NCBI RefSeq assembly: GCF_041146345.1
Contig: NW_027191411.1
Coordinates: forward strand, 1,054,001 to 1,118,000
Origin: Neodothiora populina
Lineage: Eukaryota
Direction of reading: 5' to 3'
Length of the DNA: 64,000 bases
In this document: one piece after another, positions 48,017 to 60,892 of the stretch
Layout of the letters: each line of letters starts with the position of its first letter
Position numbering within the stretch: the stretch's first letter is position 1
The notes under the pieces: model-generated
The model's input: only the letters and a program-made list of their open reading frames with translations
Database searches by the model: none
Told to the model about the DNA's origin: nothing
Program-made: the position numbers and the translations under genes

Positions 48017-50574
48017 TTAGAAAGGACTGGTCGACCACCATGGCAAATCCATGAGAAGGTTTTCAGCGAGATCTTGATCCATCGTCCAGTCCGTCTGTCC
48101 GATATGTATCAGTCCTGCAGGCCTACACCAAATTTAGATGTCGAACATACCAGTGTGAAGTCACTCCCGAACAGTCCCATCTCACCTTGCACCGAAGGTC
48201 CTGCAGTATCAACAGCTGCTTCCATGTCTGTCTTGACGTCCTCTCGGAGTCGATCCAGACTGTCGTCTGTCAGGCCACCACACAGTGAGGCAGGTGGATC
48301 ATCTGACTGAGCTGCCTCGTCAATGAGAACTCGGGCTCTTGTGATGCATTCAGTCATAGCCTGTTGCATCGCGTGCACGATTGGCTCCTCATCCACAATA
48401 CTCAGCTTGAACGCCGCAAAGTCTCTCTGAACCATTAGTCGCATCTGCTCGTTGGCGTTCGAGACTTGTGCCTTCAGAGCCATATGCTCCTTGATCAAAG
48501 TGACTGAGAGTGTAAGTGTCTGCTCCTCATGAGAAACCACGACTCGTAGTAGTCTTACTAGCTCAGGCGGATCGAATCCTGGCCCAAGTACTGTAGGGTC
48601 TACTTCGCCAGTGAAGCACTGTCGCATGAGATATAGCAGACTGTTCGCAGCATAGTACGTGTTACAGTGTGATAACACCACTTCGAAATGCACCCATGCG
48701 CCATGATCGGGCTCTACAGATGCGTCAATCGTATCCCACAACAAAAATTGGCGGCTCAAAAGCGCCCGGGTCGAGATCAGAATGTTTTGTGCAGAGCGAA
48801 GCTGAATAGATTGATCGTCGTCCATCAACAGCGGAGAATTGAGCACTAGATTCAGCCGATGACCAAGACAGCGGAGCATAGTACACTGAATCTGGGCAGT
48901 GATGCCATTCGAATTGTTCTCCGCAATGCTGCCATGTCTGATCGGTGTTGGTGCGTACAACTGAGCCAAAGTACTGTCGAGACGTTGCTGGAGATGGAAC
49001 AATTCATCCTTGCTCGGTGGAGCTTTAGACGACGTAGTGAGTCGGGCAACAGCCGCCCATAGAGGTAAAATGTTATGTAGATATTTCTGGTAATCCGGCC
49101 AGAAAGGCCCAACCGCTTCGGGTGCACTTACGTCTGAATCACTCTCCCTCGTATTGAATGGCATTCCAGATTGAAGGCCGTGTTCAAAGTCGATGAAGTT
49201 CAGGGTCAGCCAAAGCTAGGTTTCAAGTTCAGCTGCTGGAGATTTGTAAATTGACAGGATTGACATACACTTCTCCTCATCTGCGCCTCCGGTGCGGAGT
49301 ATCTTCGTGCGAAGCTGGAGTCTCTATGAAGCCCCATTGTGACAGCCATACGATTTGCCAGACCTAGAAGTCCGCTAACAACATCGCTGCCGTCAACCCA
49401 ATCCAGCATCAACATATGTGAAAGGATAATGATCAAGATCAGCTGGAATTTTATCAACGAAGGCCTGCTTGTCCCTGTTGCAGATGTGAACGCAATAGAC
49501 TGGACAAAAGATATGAGTCTCCGTCCGTGAGCCCTTCCGCGCTTACTGGGAGGTTTGGATGTAAAAGGAATGACAGGAAGCTGCCATCCAATAGCAAGAA
49601 TCGCGATGAACAATGCTAGCCACATTGAGGACTTTGCCTGTTTCTGCTCGAAAAAGGTTGCAACCTCGGCTTGAAACATGTCTCCATCGACAATGACATG
49701 AGTAGCGTTGAACGTGTGGACGAACCTTTGTATGAGGATTTCGCAAGTCTCGCGATCCGGGATTACTTGGAGCATCGGGTTCTCCCAATCATTTGGCAAA
49801 GGCGAAGCCAAAGTGCAGTCAAGTAGCCCCTGTCTACGACAACCCGTGAAGCGGAGTTGAAGCTCACCAAGAGCCTCCCATTGCGTCTTGAATGAGCCTC
49901 GCCAATTATATAGAAAACGTGACTAGACAATTTCAGCGCTGTTCACAATAGAAGGTGTTAGTGAGCATATATTGTCATGTTGTATAGTGGTGTATCCACT
50001 TCTACCAATGTAATAGTCAATGCCTGGCTGTTTCGATGCAAAGGCACCCTTTGAGTGGACGTTGATAGTCTCATCCAACTGAACGTGTTCCTTTTCTGGG
50101 TTTCGCAGTAGTTCTCTGCTGGTTGTGCTTCGCGGCAGCTCACTTATTGAGCCGTGGCTGGGCAGGCTGTATTTACCATCTCTCACGCTGACTTGACACG
50201 GGGATATCTGGGAGAGTTGATCGACTTGCTCCGGTCGTTTTTGTGTTGCATTCTCAGAGTCGGATACTTCTCGTCGTGATATTGAGCCATGTGGCAATGA
50301 CTCTTGCCCAAGATTGGCGGGCCGAAGGACTTCGTTCACTCCCCGGTCGCGCTTCAGGGATAATTACAACCTCGTTTCCATTCCCGCTACCATAGACACA
50401 ACCTTGAGGATTCGACTGTTTGATGCAATTATTACATGGTTGCTCGCGGTCACATGCGACTTTGCGCAGGTGGCAAGCCCTGCATACAAGTCGTGGCCGG
50501 TTGCGCTTTCGCTTTTGGCCTGTACTTGGTTTCGTCGCGTAATCTTCTGCTGTATAGTGCTGCAACCTATGCAT
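48017..50574 (-). CDS. Zn(II)2Cys6 transcription factor with fungal-specific TF domain; reading frame disrupted (possible pseudogene or assembly errors)
   Basis: CRACHLRKVACDREQPCNNC..C cluster and RMAVTMGLHRD..EAQMRRSLW..D..GMP middle homology region. Frame break at ~50341 and in-frame TAG at 49923-49925 without a canonical donor. Confidence 0.8.
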
Positions 50575-51059
50575 TTATTCTTTCAGCTATATCATACAGG
50601 AAGATTTGGAGTGGTCGGTGATGTTATATCAATATGATAACTATCTTTGGTGGGAAGCGAATGTAGCATTCGATTGCTGGGGACGATCAAGTGGACACTA
50701 TCAAGGCGCGTAAATAAGCATCTACATGGAGGATTCGCAACGACGTGCGAAACTTTAACCTTGATTTTCCGACCATCTTTGGCAAGCAGTACGCACATTT
50801 GACCATCTCAACTGATTCCCTAGGATGGGAACTTCACAATCTCCTGTGCCAGGAAATTAACACTGAGTTGAACATGACTTTGATGTGTCCCGTCCAAAGT
50901 GAAACTTACTAGGTACTTACGAGGACAACTCGCACTCTATACCTTGTGAGCTGGACTATGAATGACTTGGTGATATGCTCAGTAATTGTACCACAGTATT
51001 CCATTTAACACGTAAGCTAAAGCGCATTGCAACATTTCTCTTTCTTGCATGTCCAAACT

Positions 51060-52349
51060 TCAATACTCGAATTTCTGTTCTACCAACTCTTCACTCAGCG
51101 CCCAGAGTCTCGATGCTGCCTCAGCGTCGTTTGCGAACAGCTCTCTTGCCTTGGGATCAACCTGACAGTCCTGAAGATACTCGCCAGACTGATTGACGAT
51201 CGATGGATCGAATGCTGCCACGATATGCGTCGCTGCACCCTGCTGCAGAGACTTGTAGCTGAAGCCTGGTCCTTCTGCCTCGAGGTTTGTATTGCTGTTT
51301 GTGCTTTCTCGACCGATCTTTGCCGCGTTCTCAAAGACTTCTTTCTTGATGGCCACTGGATTACCTGTCAGCTTCTTTTACTCTCTATGCTATAAGGAAG
51401 CTCGGCGAAGAAGACTTACTGAGATCACCCCAGTCTTCGCCAGCAATATGAGACCCGAGATTGGTCTGTATGATGCCCGGATGAAGACTGAAAGCCGACA
51501 GCCCCCTGTGCTTGAGTCTATCGCCCAACCCTCTTGCAAAGAGGGCATTGGCCGGTTTAGCCTGTCCGTATGCTCTCCATTTATTGTATGACCCAGGCTC
51601 CTAATCACAATGCAACACCCAAGATCAGCGAGTGCTCCCGAAATCAAGAAGTGGATGGAAGGTAAGAATGAACTCACAGTCCAATTCGGGTCCTCGAACC
51701 GCACAGGCTGAAGCGCATGTCCATCACTACTAACAACAACCACCCGCCCTCCTCTCTTCTTCCCATCTCGACCGATCAACTTACTCATGATGAGATTAGT
51801 GAACAAGAACGGTCCGAGATGGTCCACGCCAAACTGCTTCTCAAACCCATCGACCGTCCACCGACTCTCTTCTCCAGTCTCTCCCTGAGCAGCAGGAGCC
51901 ATGATGCCCGCGTTGTTAATCACCACATCGATTCCGCCTTCCATGCCAACAACCTCGTCAGCAGCGCCTCGCACACTCTCCAACCTCGCAAGATCCAGCG
52001 CTAAAGTCCTGATGCAGACGTCGCCTGTGTCTCGCAACACAGCATCCCTCGTCAGCGCCATCTTGGCCTCATCTCGCCCAGCGAGGATGAGCCGCCGGGG
52101 ATGGTGTCGCCCCAGCACCTCTACGACTTCATAGCCTAGCGAACCGGGAGAGACGCCTGTGACAAGGATTGTTTTGCCGCGGATATGTGGCGAGAGGTGG
52201 GCTGCCACTTGGTCTGCGGTTGAGGACGGACCGAAACGAGAAGACGAAGACGAAGACGAAGACATGGGTCTTGTTAAAGTGGGATGAACTCGTCTAGTAG
52301 AGATTGAGGAGACGAGAGCATGGAGGCTGGGAAGTTTCTTCGTCGCCAT
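51060..52349 (-). CDS. Short-chain dehydrogenase (WWOX/retinol dehydrogenase-like)
   Basis: VTGVSPGSLG, LDLA, INNAGIM, HLGPFLFT, YGQAK, LHPGII, QGAAT and RLWALSEELV. Introns 51601-51677 and 51356-51419. Start may be 52265. Confidence 0.9.
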
Positions 52350-53389
52350 TATGCTTTTCCGGACGTTGATCGATGAGACTCTGTGTAGTAAATCAAAGCA
52401 ACCTTTTCTTGTTTCACATTTTGTATATTACAAGTGCAGTATATATATATGGTATGTTTACATGCACGAATAGTCTCCCTTTATCCCCGAGTCACCTCTC
52501 CCTCGGCGTTAACTCCCAATCAAGATCTTAACACCCTCCCCCTCCACCATAACCCATCTCTTACATCCGAACAAACTAAATCGCGGAGAAGGCATGTCGT
52601 GCGGAACTAGCTAAAGTAAAGAGTTCTATACTATACTGTAGAGAGAATCCTACGAGAAACAGAAAGAGAGAGCTCGACCCGGCTCCAAGTCCGAATCAGG
52701 ACTTTACCACCCTCTCCCGACTCAAAATCATTCCTACGCCCGAAGAGACACAGAGACACATCCGAAAGATGCCTATCGTCCGACAACAGCCAAAAAGACG
52801 ACTCTGCAGATCGAATCCTACAAGGATATGAACGTGGTTGAAGAAGCAATTCGTGCTATTTCCCGTAACGGGTAAGTGGCTGTCCTGTCTGTTGCATTAT
52901 ATAGCGCGACCCTGTCCGCTTCCTCGGGTTGAATCTTTTGTTCCAGGAATGATGATGGATTGAGTGGAACAACACGTCAGGTATAGAACGTGTCGAGACC
53001 GGGGTTCTCGTTCTCTAAAACGATGGATTGGACTTGGGTTGATTGGACATGTGTAGGGTGACAAAGGATGGTTGAGTGATCCTTCTCATCTCAATTGCGA
53101 TGTAGCAAAGAACATCACAAAAAGCCTTTCCTTAGAAGACAAGTCTGGCCCTCGACAGCTTGGACATGAGACGACACTAGTAAAGCACTCGGCAACCTTC
53201 CCATAGATGGTCCTGAACGTATTTGTCTCCAATCCATGGGTGAACGAAAAGCTCCTGTACATACAAAAGAACAATCTCAACAGTCTCCATATATGGCTTA
53301 TATGAAGTGTGTGCGTAAGTTTCGAGTCGTCTTTTCATACTACATGATCCCCTGAAGACCATACGTACACGCGTACATACATACAGCGG

Positions 53390-53422
53390 CAGATCAAGAT
53401 CAAGATCAAGATCAAGATCAAG
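53390..53422 (+). repeat. (AGATCA)5 tandem repeat
   Basis: agatcaagatcaagatcaagatcaagatcaaga, in the 3' flank of the HAL-family kinase. Confidence 0.85.
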
Positions 53423-53916
53423 AGGACAAAGCGAACACATCAACTTTGGCCATGTGAGTACCTCGAGAGGCAGAGATAGAAGCGAAGTGGAAAGGAGAAC
53501 AAGAGAGGATTATCAACATTCTAGTAGAGTAGAGGAAGGGGGGGGGGGGGGGGGAGAATGAGTTCAGTCGAGGAAAAACCAAAACAGATAAAAGAACGGA
53601 AGATAAAAGACAAGAGTATAGTGAAATGGAAGAACAAAAGAACAAAAAGGTCCAAACAGCGCTGCCACACCCCGAATTCCTTACGATGTCCGTCAAATCG
53701 TAAACCTTTGCATTTTACAAATCCCCGTTGTTGCCTTAACGCCTGGAAAAAGCCCCTTCGATCTCCCTGGTGCCAATTTCATCCTATGCTCCTGATGTTG
53801 GGGTGTATTTTTGTGATTATAGTTGTAGAACACTCAGACAAGTCCTTGCTTCTACTGAAGATTGTTTGGGGGCTGCTTGAGGTAGTGACACTGAAGGTGA
53901 CTAGCCACTGATACAT

Positions 53917-56189
53917 CTATTTCTTGGCTTTACCCTCATCTGCCTTTGCTGTCGATGCGCCGCCAGACGGTTCAAGAGTATGCGTATGGCCTGGAGCATG
54001 ATAACACACACCTTCCTCATCTTGTCTGCAGACGTATGCGTTCTGCACCCATGGGTCTGCGAGCATCTCATCGAGAGTGGCGCGTTTCTTCGGATCGAGC
54101 TCGAGCATGCGACCGATGATGTGACGTGTCTCTCTGGGTAATAAACGGAGAAGGCGCATCGGACCCTTGATCTGCTGCTGATTGACGGAGGGCGCGGCAG
54201 ACTTGGAATCGTCGTTCGAACCCACATCAGAGGGCTTGAGGCTCTGATGACGAGATGCCTGAAGAAGCTCGCTCTGATTTGGGTCAGGCGGCGAAACGAA
54301 CAAGCGGTAAGAGTTATCGGACAGACGTGGGGCCTTCCAAGGGAAACGTCTAAGACACATGCAGCAAAAGATGATGGCTATTGACCATACATCTGCGGGC
54401 TGGGGGTCGTAACGCGAGTTGTCATACACTTCGGGGGCGAGATAAGGGTCGGAACCGACAACACCTGCTGTCTGTTAGCAGATAGACCGAGATAAAAATC
54501 ACAAAAGATAGCAAGCATACCTGTGGCGAGAACTATGTCGTTCTCGAATGGATACCTGAACACGACCGCACTTCCAAAGTCAATGATCTTCATAATACCG
54601 TGCTCGTTGACAACGACATTGTCGAGCTTGAGATCTCGATGTGCCAGACCCATGCTGTGAAGATAAGTCACACCACTCAGGATCTGCAGGGTGCAACAGG
54701 TGACCTCGTCTCTGGACATCTTGCCGGTCATGACGATTGCAAACAAATCGAATGGACAGTATTCCATGACCTCAAACCAGCCACCCTTCTCGTGGATGAT
54801 ATCAATGGTCTCGATGATGTTGCCATGATGCAAAGTGGAGCCGATACAGAACTCTGCAGTGACCTTCTTGTTGTACTCGCGCTCGCTCTCGTATGCGTGC
54901 CTGGCGCGGAACTGCTTGACAGCAAAAGTCTTGCCGTCGGCGGTTCTCTTCATCAAGCGAACCGAGCCTCCGGCCCCTGCACCAAGGACGCGACCGAACT
55001 TGCCATACTTGCTCGAAAGACCGTGGTCATCAGCAAAAGGAATGGACTGAGAACCCGAGTGGTCCTTAGTCGAGTGACGGATGGAATCTCTCGAAGGCGA
55101 AGAGGTGCGCTTCTCTTTCTTGTCACCCACTTTGAAGAAACGCTTGAGGTTGATCTTCGAGCTCGACTTGTCCTTGTCCTTGATACTGGCGTCATCGTGA
55201 CCGTCAAACTTCTTGCTGAAGAAGCTGTGTCGCTTGTTCACCTCGGGCTCTTTGATGCTGGGAGTGGGAGAAGTGGCGGCGCTGATTGGAAGCCCATTGG
55301 GCCCGGTCTTTGGGAGAGAGACCAGCGAAGTGCCGGAATTGCTGTGGCCCTGTCTGGGGTCTCGGTTGCCGAAGCGGAAGCGGGCGTCGATGGAGTCTAC
55401 GTTGCGGGTGGGAGGTTCTCGCTTGCTGCGTGCGTATGGGTCGTTCTTGTCGCCCAATGGCCATGCCTGTCTGCTTATTGTTGTGGACGGAGTGATTGCT
55501 CCACTGCCAGTCGGTGTCGTCGCGCCGGATGCCACGGGGCTGGCGTCACGAGAGGGCGGCATGGAATCGCCGCTCGGGCCGATGGAGAAACGGGGTGTGT
55601 GCTTCGGATGGGGCGAGACAGCGATCTCGTCAGACGATGAGGGTGCAGAAGCGGAGGCTGCTCGGGAATGGTGACGTTGGTGGGGGTGATGTTGCTGGGA
55701 AGTGGTGGACTGGGGAGTGGCCATCTCAGCTCTGGCGCGAGCCAGAGACGAAGCGGGACCGGCCATACTCGAGGCTGCGGCCTTGGGGTCTTTGGCCTCA
55801 CGCGACTTCGTGGTCGAAGGAGTGAGTGGGGGTGAGTGAAGAGTGGACTGAGGAGGGGATGGGCGAGGAGAAGGAGCAGCCGAGCCAGCCTGCATCTGCC
55901 GGGGCATTCTGGTGACGGAGGGAACCCTCGACACGGGCTGGGAATTGGGCAGAGAGACGGGCTCGAAGTTGTAGTGCTCCATTCTCTTGGACTGCAAGCC
56001 ATTCTGCAGTGACGTCTTCAGCTGCCTCAGTTCCTCTTCTGCCTGTGGGTTCAGGGCAACTCTGTCGCTCTCGTCCGTGTTTGACTCGGTCTGTTCCAGC
56101 TCCCGCTCTGGACTGATCTCTTCTTGTTTTTCGCTGAATCGCACTCCATGGTCGGGGGCATGCGTGAGTGGAGACGCCGACGAAGACAT
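53917..56189 (-). CDS. HAL-family Ser/Thr kinase (Sat4/Hal4-like, ion homeostasis)
   Basis: [41 protein letters not shown] and IIDFGSA. Intron 54465-54520 leads to [12 protein letters not shown], then RRFPWKAP. Confidence 0.93.
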
Positions 56190-58398
56190 GGTGTTCTCGG
56201 TGTCGGTGTCGATGGAGATGTGTGTGTGGGAGTATATGGCGGCTCAGTAGTATTACTGCCGCCGGAGTGGTTGTTGGTGATGCTGCCACCACTTGCAGCG
56301 GGGTTTGCGAGAGGTATGACGCGCGGTGGATACCCTTTAGCGAGATGGATCACGTCCCCAAATTAATGAACCCCTATGCCTGGATTCGGCCGACAACGCT
56401 GTGGTGGTGGGTAGAGAAGAAGATGGTGGTGATGGTGGTGGTGGTGGGGGATTGGCGCTGACACAGTCGTGGACGAGGTAGAGTCGACAGGAAGGATGGT
56501 ATTGGCTGCTTCCGAGCGGAAGGGTAAAGGACTGGGAGAAAGAATGAAAAGCTACCTTATTGGAAAAGCAGCCAGCTCCCGTGACGAACAGGACGGAGAC
56601 TAACGGTTGTTAAGGCGGAGGCTTCTGGCTGTTAGCTGTGTCTGTGTCTGTGTCAGTGTCAGTGTCACAGCCTTCTCACACTCTCGGTCTCAGCAAAAGA
56701 AAAGCTCGGCAGAAAGGGAAAGGGAAAGGGAGAGGGAAAGGGAAAGGGTCCGCCGTCGGTGAGACTCGCTCGCCCCTCATCTGTCGCTTCTTTACCTACC
56801 TTACCGTACGCTGCCGGGTGACTAGATGCCTCTGAAGTTTTATCTCTCTCTCTCGTGCTGTGATCCACTGATGCTGTTTATGGGATTATTATCGATGGCC
56901 TCTTGCATAATCTATACTCTAGAACAGAAGAAAGGGAGTCATAAAGGAAGCCGAGGTTGAGGTGGTCTTCTTTCGGGCTGCTGTCAGTAGCAGCTCCTTC
57001 CCTGCTGCGACTGCTCTGCTACTCAGGTATGTACTGCTGGGTGCTACTTCCCAAAGTGGCCGACATAAGCAATTCTTCCAATTCTTCCCAGCTGCACGCC
57101 CTGCACAATCGCCTAACGTCATCTTGTTTCCCAAATGACTCACGACTCTTTCTTTCCATCAGACCCTCACCCTTGGCCGTCGGCAACGTCTCTCCGGTCC
57201 CTTATTCCTTGCGTTTTTTCTTCCTTTGCTTTAGCTTTTTGTGCAGATAAGGGTCTTTTTCCGCAATATTGTCGGCGGTATCATGGGTTTAAAAGTGCAA
57301 GTGCCCATTGCTTCCAGGAATCACCTAAGACAAGACCAGCCCAGCCCAGTTCTGACCACTGTCGTGATTTTGATTGATCTTCCGTGAGGTGCATTACTGT
57401 ACCTGGGCACTACTTGGGCTGTTCTGTCCGATTTTCCGTATTCATGCATACCTTTTTACAGTGCTGTTACCGAGTCCCGCCCGCCATTGCTGAGCGCGAT
57501 CTCCAAGCGCATGTCTTGGTCTGAGATCTCCCGTCGTCTCCCTGTACCTGTGCGCGCTGCCCCCCTTCCGCCGCTTTCCCCTCCGGTCCCTGTGCTGTGC
57601 TGTCTTGTGCTGTGATGTGTCTCTCCACAACACTCGGCCATTGTAACATACATCATTCGTTGTCCATTGTGGTCTCATTTTTGACCGCCAGGGTACGAAG
57701 GCGCTGTCCTTGTCATTCGGGCGTCACGACAATAAACTTTAGATACCCCGGCATGCGGGCATAAGCAGAATGTGCGACTTGTTTTCATGATACCTTGATG
57801 TATGTTTATTCACAGTAAGCCTGTATCGCTCAGACTTTCCGGCGTTGAAAGCACAGGTTGCTCAGAGGTGTTCTACAAGTAATCGTGTCGATAATCGGAC
57901 CGCTGATGTCCGCTTGCGATGCCGGTCTCCTGCTGGCAGTCGCATCATATTGCTTCACTCTCCTGGAGATCGTTGAGGCTGTTGTGTATATGTGGCTTAC
58001 GGCAGGGATATATGGGATCCCGATCGGCTCTTCACTAAAAGGTGCCGTTATGTTATGCTGCCCGGCGTCACGGCTTGCCTGAAACAAAAAATCCAATGGA
58101 AGTACCTTAGTCTCAGCCGTCGATTGGGAGCATGCACAGATGCAAGCTCACTAAGGTACTTTCGGCCCGCCCGTCGATTTGAACTGACCCAATTGGGTTT
58201 CAAGTCTCGTCCAATCACCATCCATCATACCAAGCTTTGGCTCAACCAGGATGCACTGTAGGGCGTAAGGCAACCTCGGATTCCATCACCACTGCACCTC
58301 CGCAAAACAGGTATATATGTTCTGGACCGGAAGACCATCGCCCACTTCCTTTCATTGAACAAATCTCGAAATGCGACAGAAGATGAGACGGCACGAAC

Positions 58399-60157
58399 AT
58401 GTCATTGTCACTCGAAAAACTTCGGTTCGAGTTCGTCAACTATTCGGGCGAGACTCGAAGCCATCATGATAAAGCTCGCTTTCGTGAAATCAAGCAGCAT
58501 GTCATGAAGAACCACTTCAGAAAGCAATTCGCACTTGACGAACGTCATGCGAAGAGAAACATGATCCGAAGGAGGCTTGCGCCTGTCATCTCAGCTCCTC
58601 AGGAGTCTGAACCCATCGACCGTGATTCTACTCATGCTTGCATTGATGTAGCGACCGGCAGACATGTATGCTGCAGTTATCAGTCAAAGCAGCTCACCTC
58701 TGCATGTGATCAAACTGGCGGTGTCTTACTACCCGCAACATCTAAAGCCTCGCTAGTTTCACTAGATGGCGCCAACTTCGATCCTTTCGACACCATACCT
58801 CTTGCATTGTCCAAGGCATCCACGGCAGGTGTTCGCTGGTTCTTCGTTGATGATGACCGCTCACCGATATGTAACACCGGCCTGCCATGGTTGTATCTCA
58901 AGAATATGCAATGGAAAGGCCATCTATGGACAGCAGCGTCGCAATACCCGGGCATCTTCCATATCTTGATCACCTTGGGGCAAGCCAATCGTGCCAGATT
59001 GACGGGCACCACTGACACAGTGTCCTGGCTTTTCCACAAAGGGCAATCGATCAAAGTGTTAAGGGAGGGGTTGACCGGTGAGATGGACATAACAGCATCA
59101 AAATTGTCAGAACTGAGAGCTGACAGTGACTATAGGCAAAGACGCATTGATTTCAGACGGTCTAGTGTTGCTCATCTCATCGCAGATATCTCTGGCTATG
59201 GTTGGGGATCTCGCGCAGGGACACAACGCTGTGACGAAATATGAGGCAGCGGATACACATCGACGAGCCCTGTTAAAGCTGCTCAATGAGCGTGGAGGTA
59301 TCTCGTCGATCACAGGGTACATGGCCTTGCATCACATGGTCTGGTCCGACCTCAGGCTTGCTGCGGGCACATTGACGAAGCCGCAACTTCCTCGTGATCC
59401 GCGCATGTCATGCAAAGTCTTCTCGCCGCGCTTCGTGCGCGAAGCCGAACGAAGGACTGCAGCGGTGGTTTCTTGGCTGCCGGCCAGTGGCAGAACGTCC
59501 GAAGTCCGTCGAGTCTTCGGATACCTACAGTATATGAGTCTAAGTTTCGACGAAGTCTATGGTCGAGAAGTCCAGGCAGATGGGGCAATGAATCCTTGCT
59601 ATCAAGGTCTTCATCACCTATATCATATACTACCTCTATCATACATGAGGCGTGAAGGACAAGAAACATCGGGCCTGAGCGACAGCTTCAACGCACTGTA
59701 TGCAGTGTTGCTTGCTGCTGGGATCTGTGCTTGGACGTGGATACCGAAACAGTGGCCAGAAGTGCACCACTCTCACCTAGTACATGACATAGTGGCAGTG
59801 CATGTTCAAGAGCTTTGGAATTGCTTGTCGCAAAGCCAGGACCCGTGCAAGGCATGGAGAGAAACAGGCGCTGGACTAGAGTCGCTGCTGTGGGTCGCAT
59901 ATCGAGGCCTCAATATGGCAATTGTTTTGAAGGATACAGCAAGACCAGGCCAGATGAGAGATAAGACAGCGTGGTTTCTGGATCTGTTGAATCAAGTGGC
60001 GGGAGAGATGAGCATGTCGAAGCTTGGAGCAGCTCTGGAAATCTTCCCGCAGTCAGACCCTTTCCCCAATACTTCTGGACAAGCGCTGGCGGAAGGAGTC
60101 ACGAGGAGGTGCGATCAACAATGGAGCTTTAGCGGCGAGAAATTGTTGAAGGAGTGA
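58399..60157 (+). CDS. Fungal-specific transcription-factor-like protein lacking a Zn cluster (FxFVN..IKQHVM, DPF motif)
   Basis: FEFVNY..REIKQHVMKN, NFDPFDTIP, FHKGQSIKVLRE and HRRALLKLLNERGGISSI..VWSD. Intron 59078-59135 joins the two ORFs in frame. Confidence 0.8.
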
Positions 60158-60892
60158 TAGTATAGCGTGACTGAGCAAGAATACTCGAGTTACTTATCAC
60201 AGGCAAGTGTAATGACACCTAGGACGAATAATGATACAATATGCATTGCAAACCCTCAGTTTCCCGAAGACTTGCCTGACTCAGGCTATCGTCCCATCGT
60301 ACCACAATGAAGGTGAGAAGAGACACGATCAATCTCGGCTGAGCGCGACAGTAGATGGGACAGTCTCGCGTGTCACATGTCAAAATGGGATCAAGGTAAG
60401 GAACCAACGGCGAGGAAATGAAGTGATATCTTAAGGTGATGGACTGAGAAGAGTCTTGGCAGAGGTACTTCAGGCAACAGAAAAGGGACAAACAAACTGA
60501 GACGTCATTTCCCATCAAACACCTGGAAACCTGAAGTGGCAGAAGGGAAGTTCGAATCTCCTCCCAGCACAGAAGCCTCAGGCTCCCACATAGTAGCGTA
60601 GCGCAGCGCCAAGTTCCTTCCTCATTTCACAGCCTACAAGACCCTCCTCCCACTTTCTTGACTTTCAGGTTCCGTTACTATCACCAAATTCCCGATTATC
60701 GACTTGTAGCAGCTGCAAGTTCATCCGCCCCTCGATCAGAAACCTCCGCTCCAGCACGACAATTTGACCCCGAGTTGTTTCAGGGTCCACCAACAGCCGC
60801 CCACGTAGTGACCGACCAGCAGCCGATAAAGAGATAGCAGCTCAGAAGAGAGAAAAGACCACAGGAAACAGAGAAACAAGAGACGATCAATC

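Noticed and set aside
60545..60568. GTTCGAATC B-box/T-loop-like motif suggesting a tRNA
   Set aside because: The T-stem is imperfect, and no D-arm, anticodon arm or acceptor stem is present.
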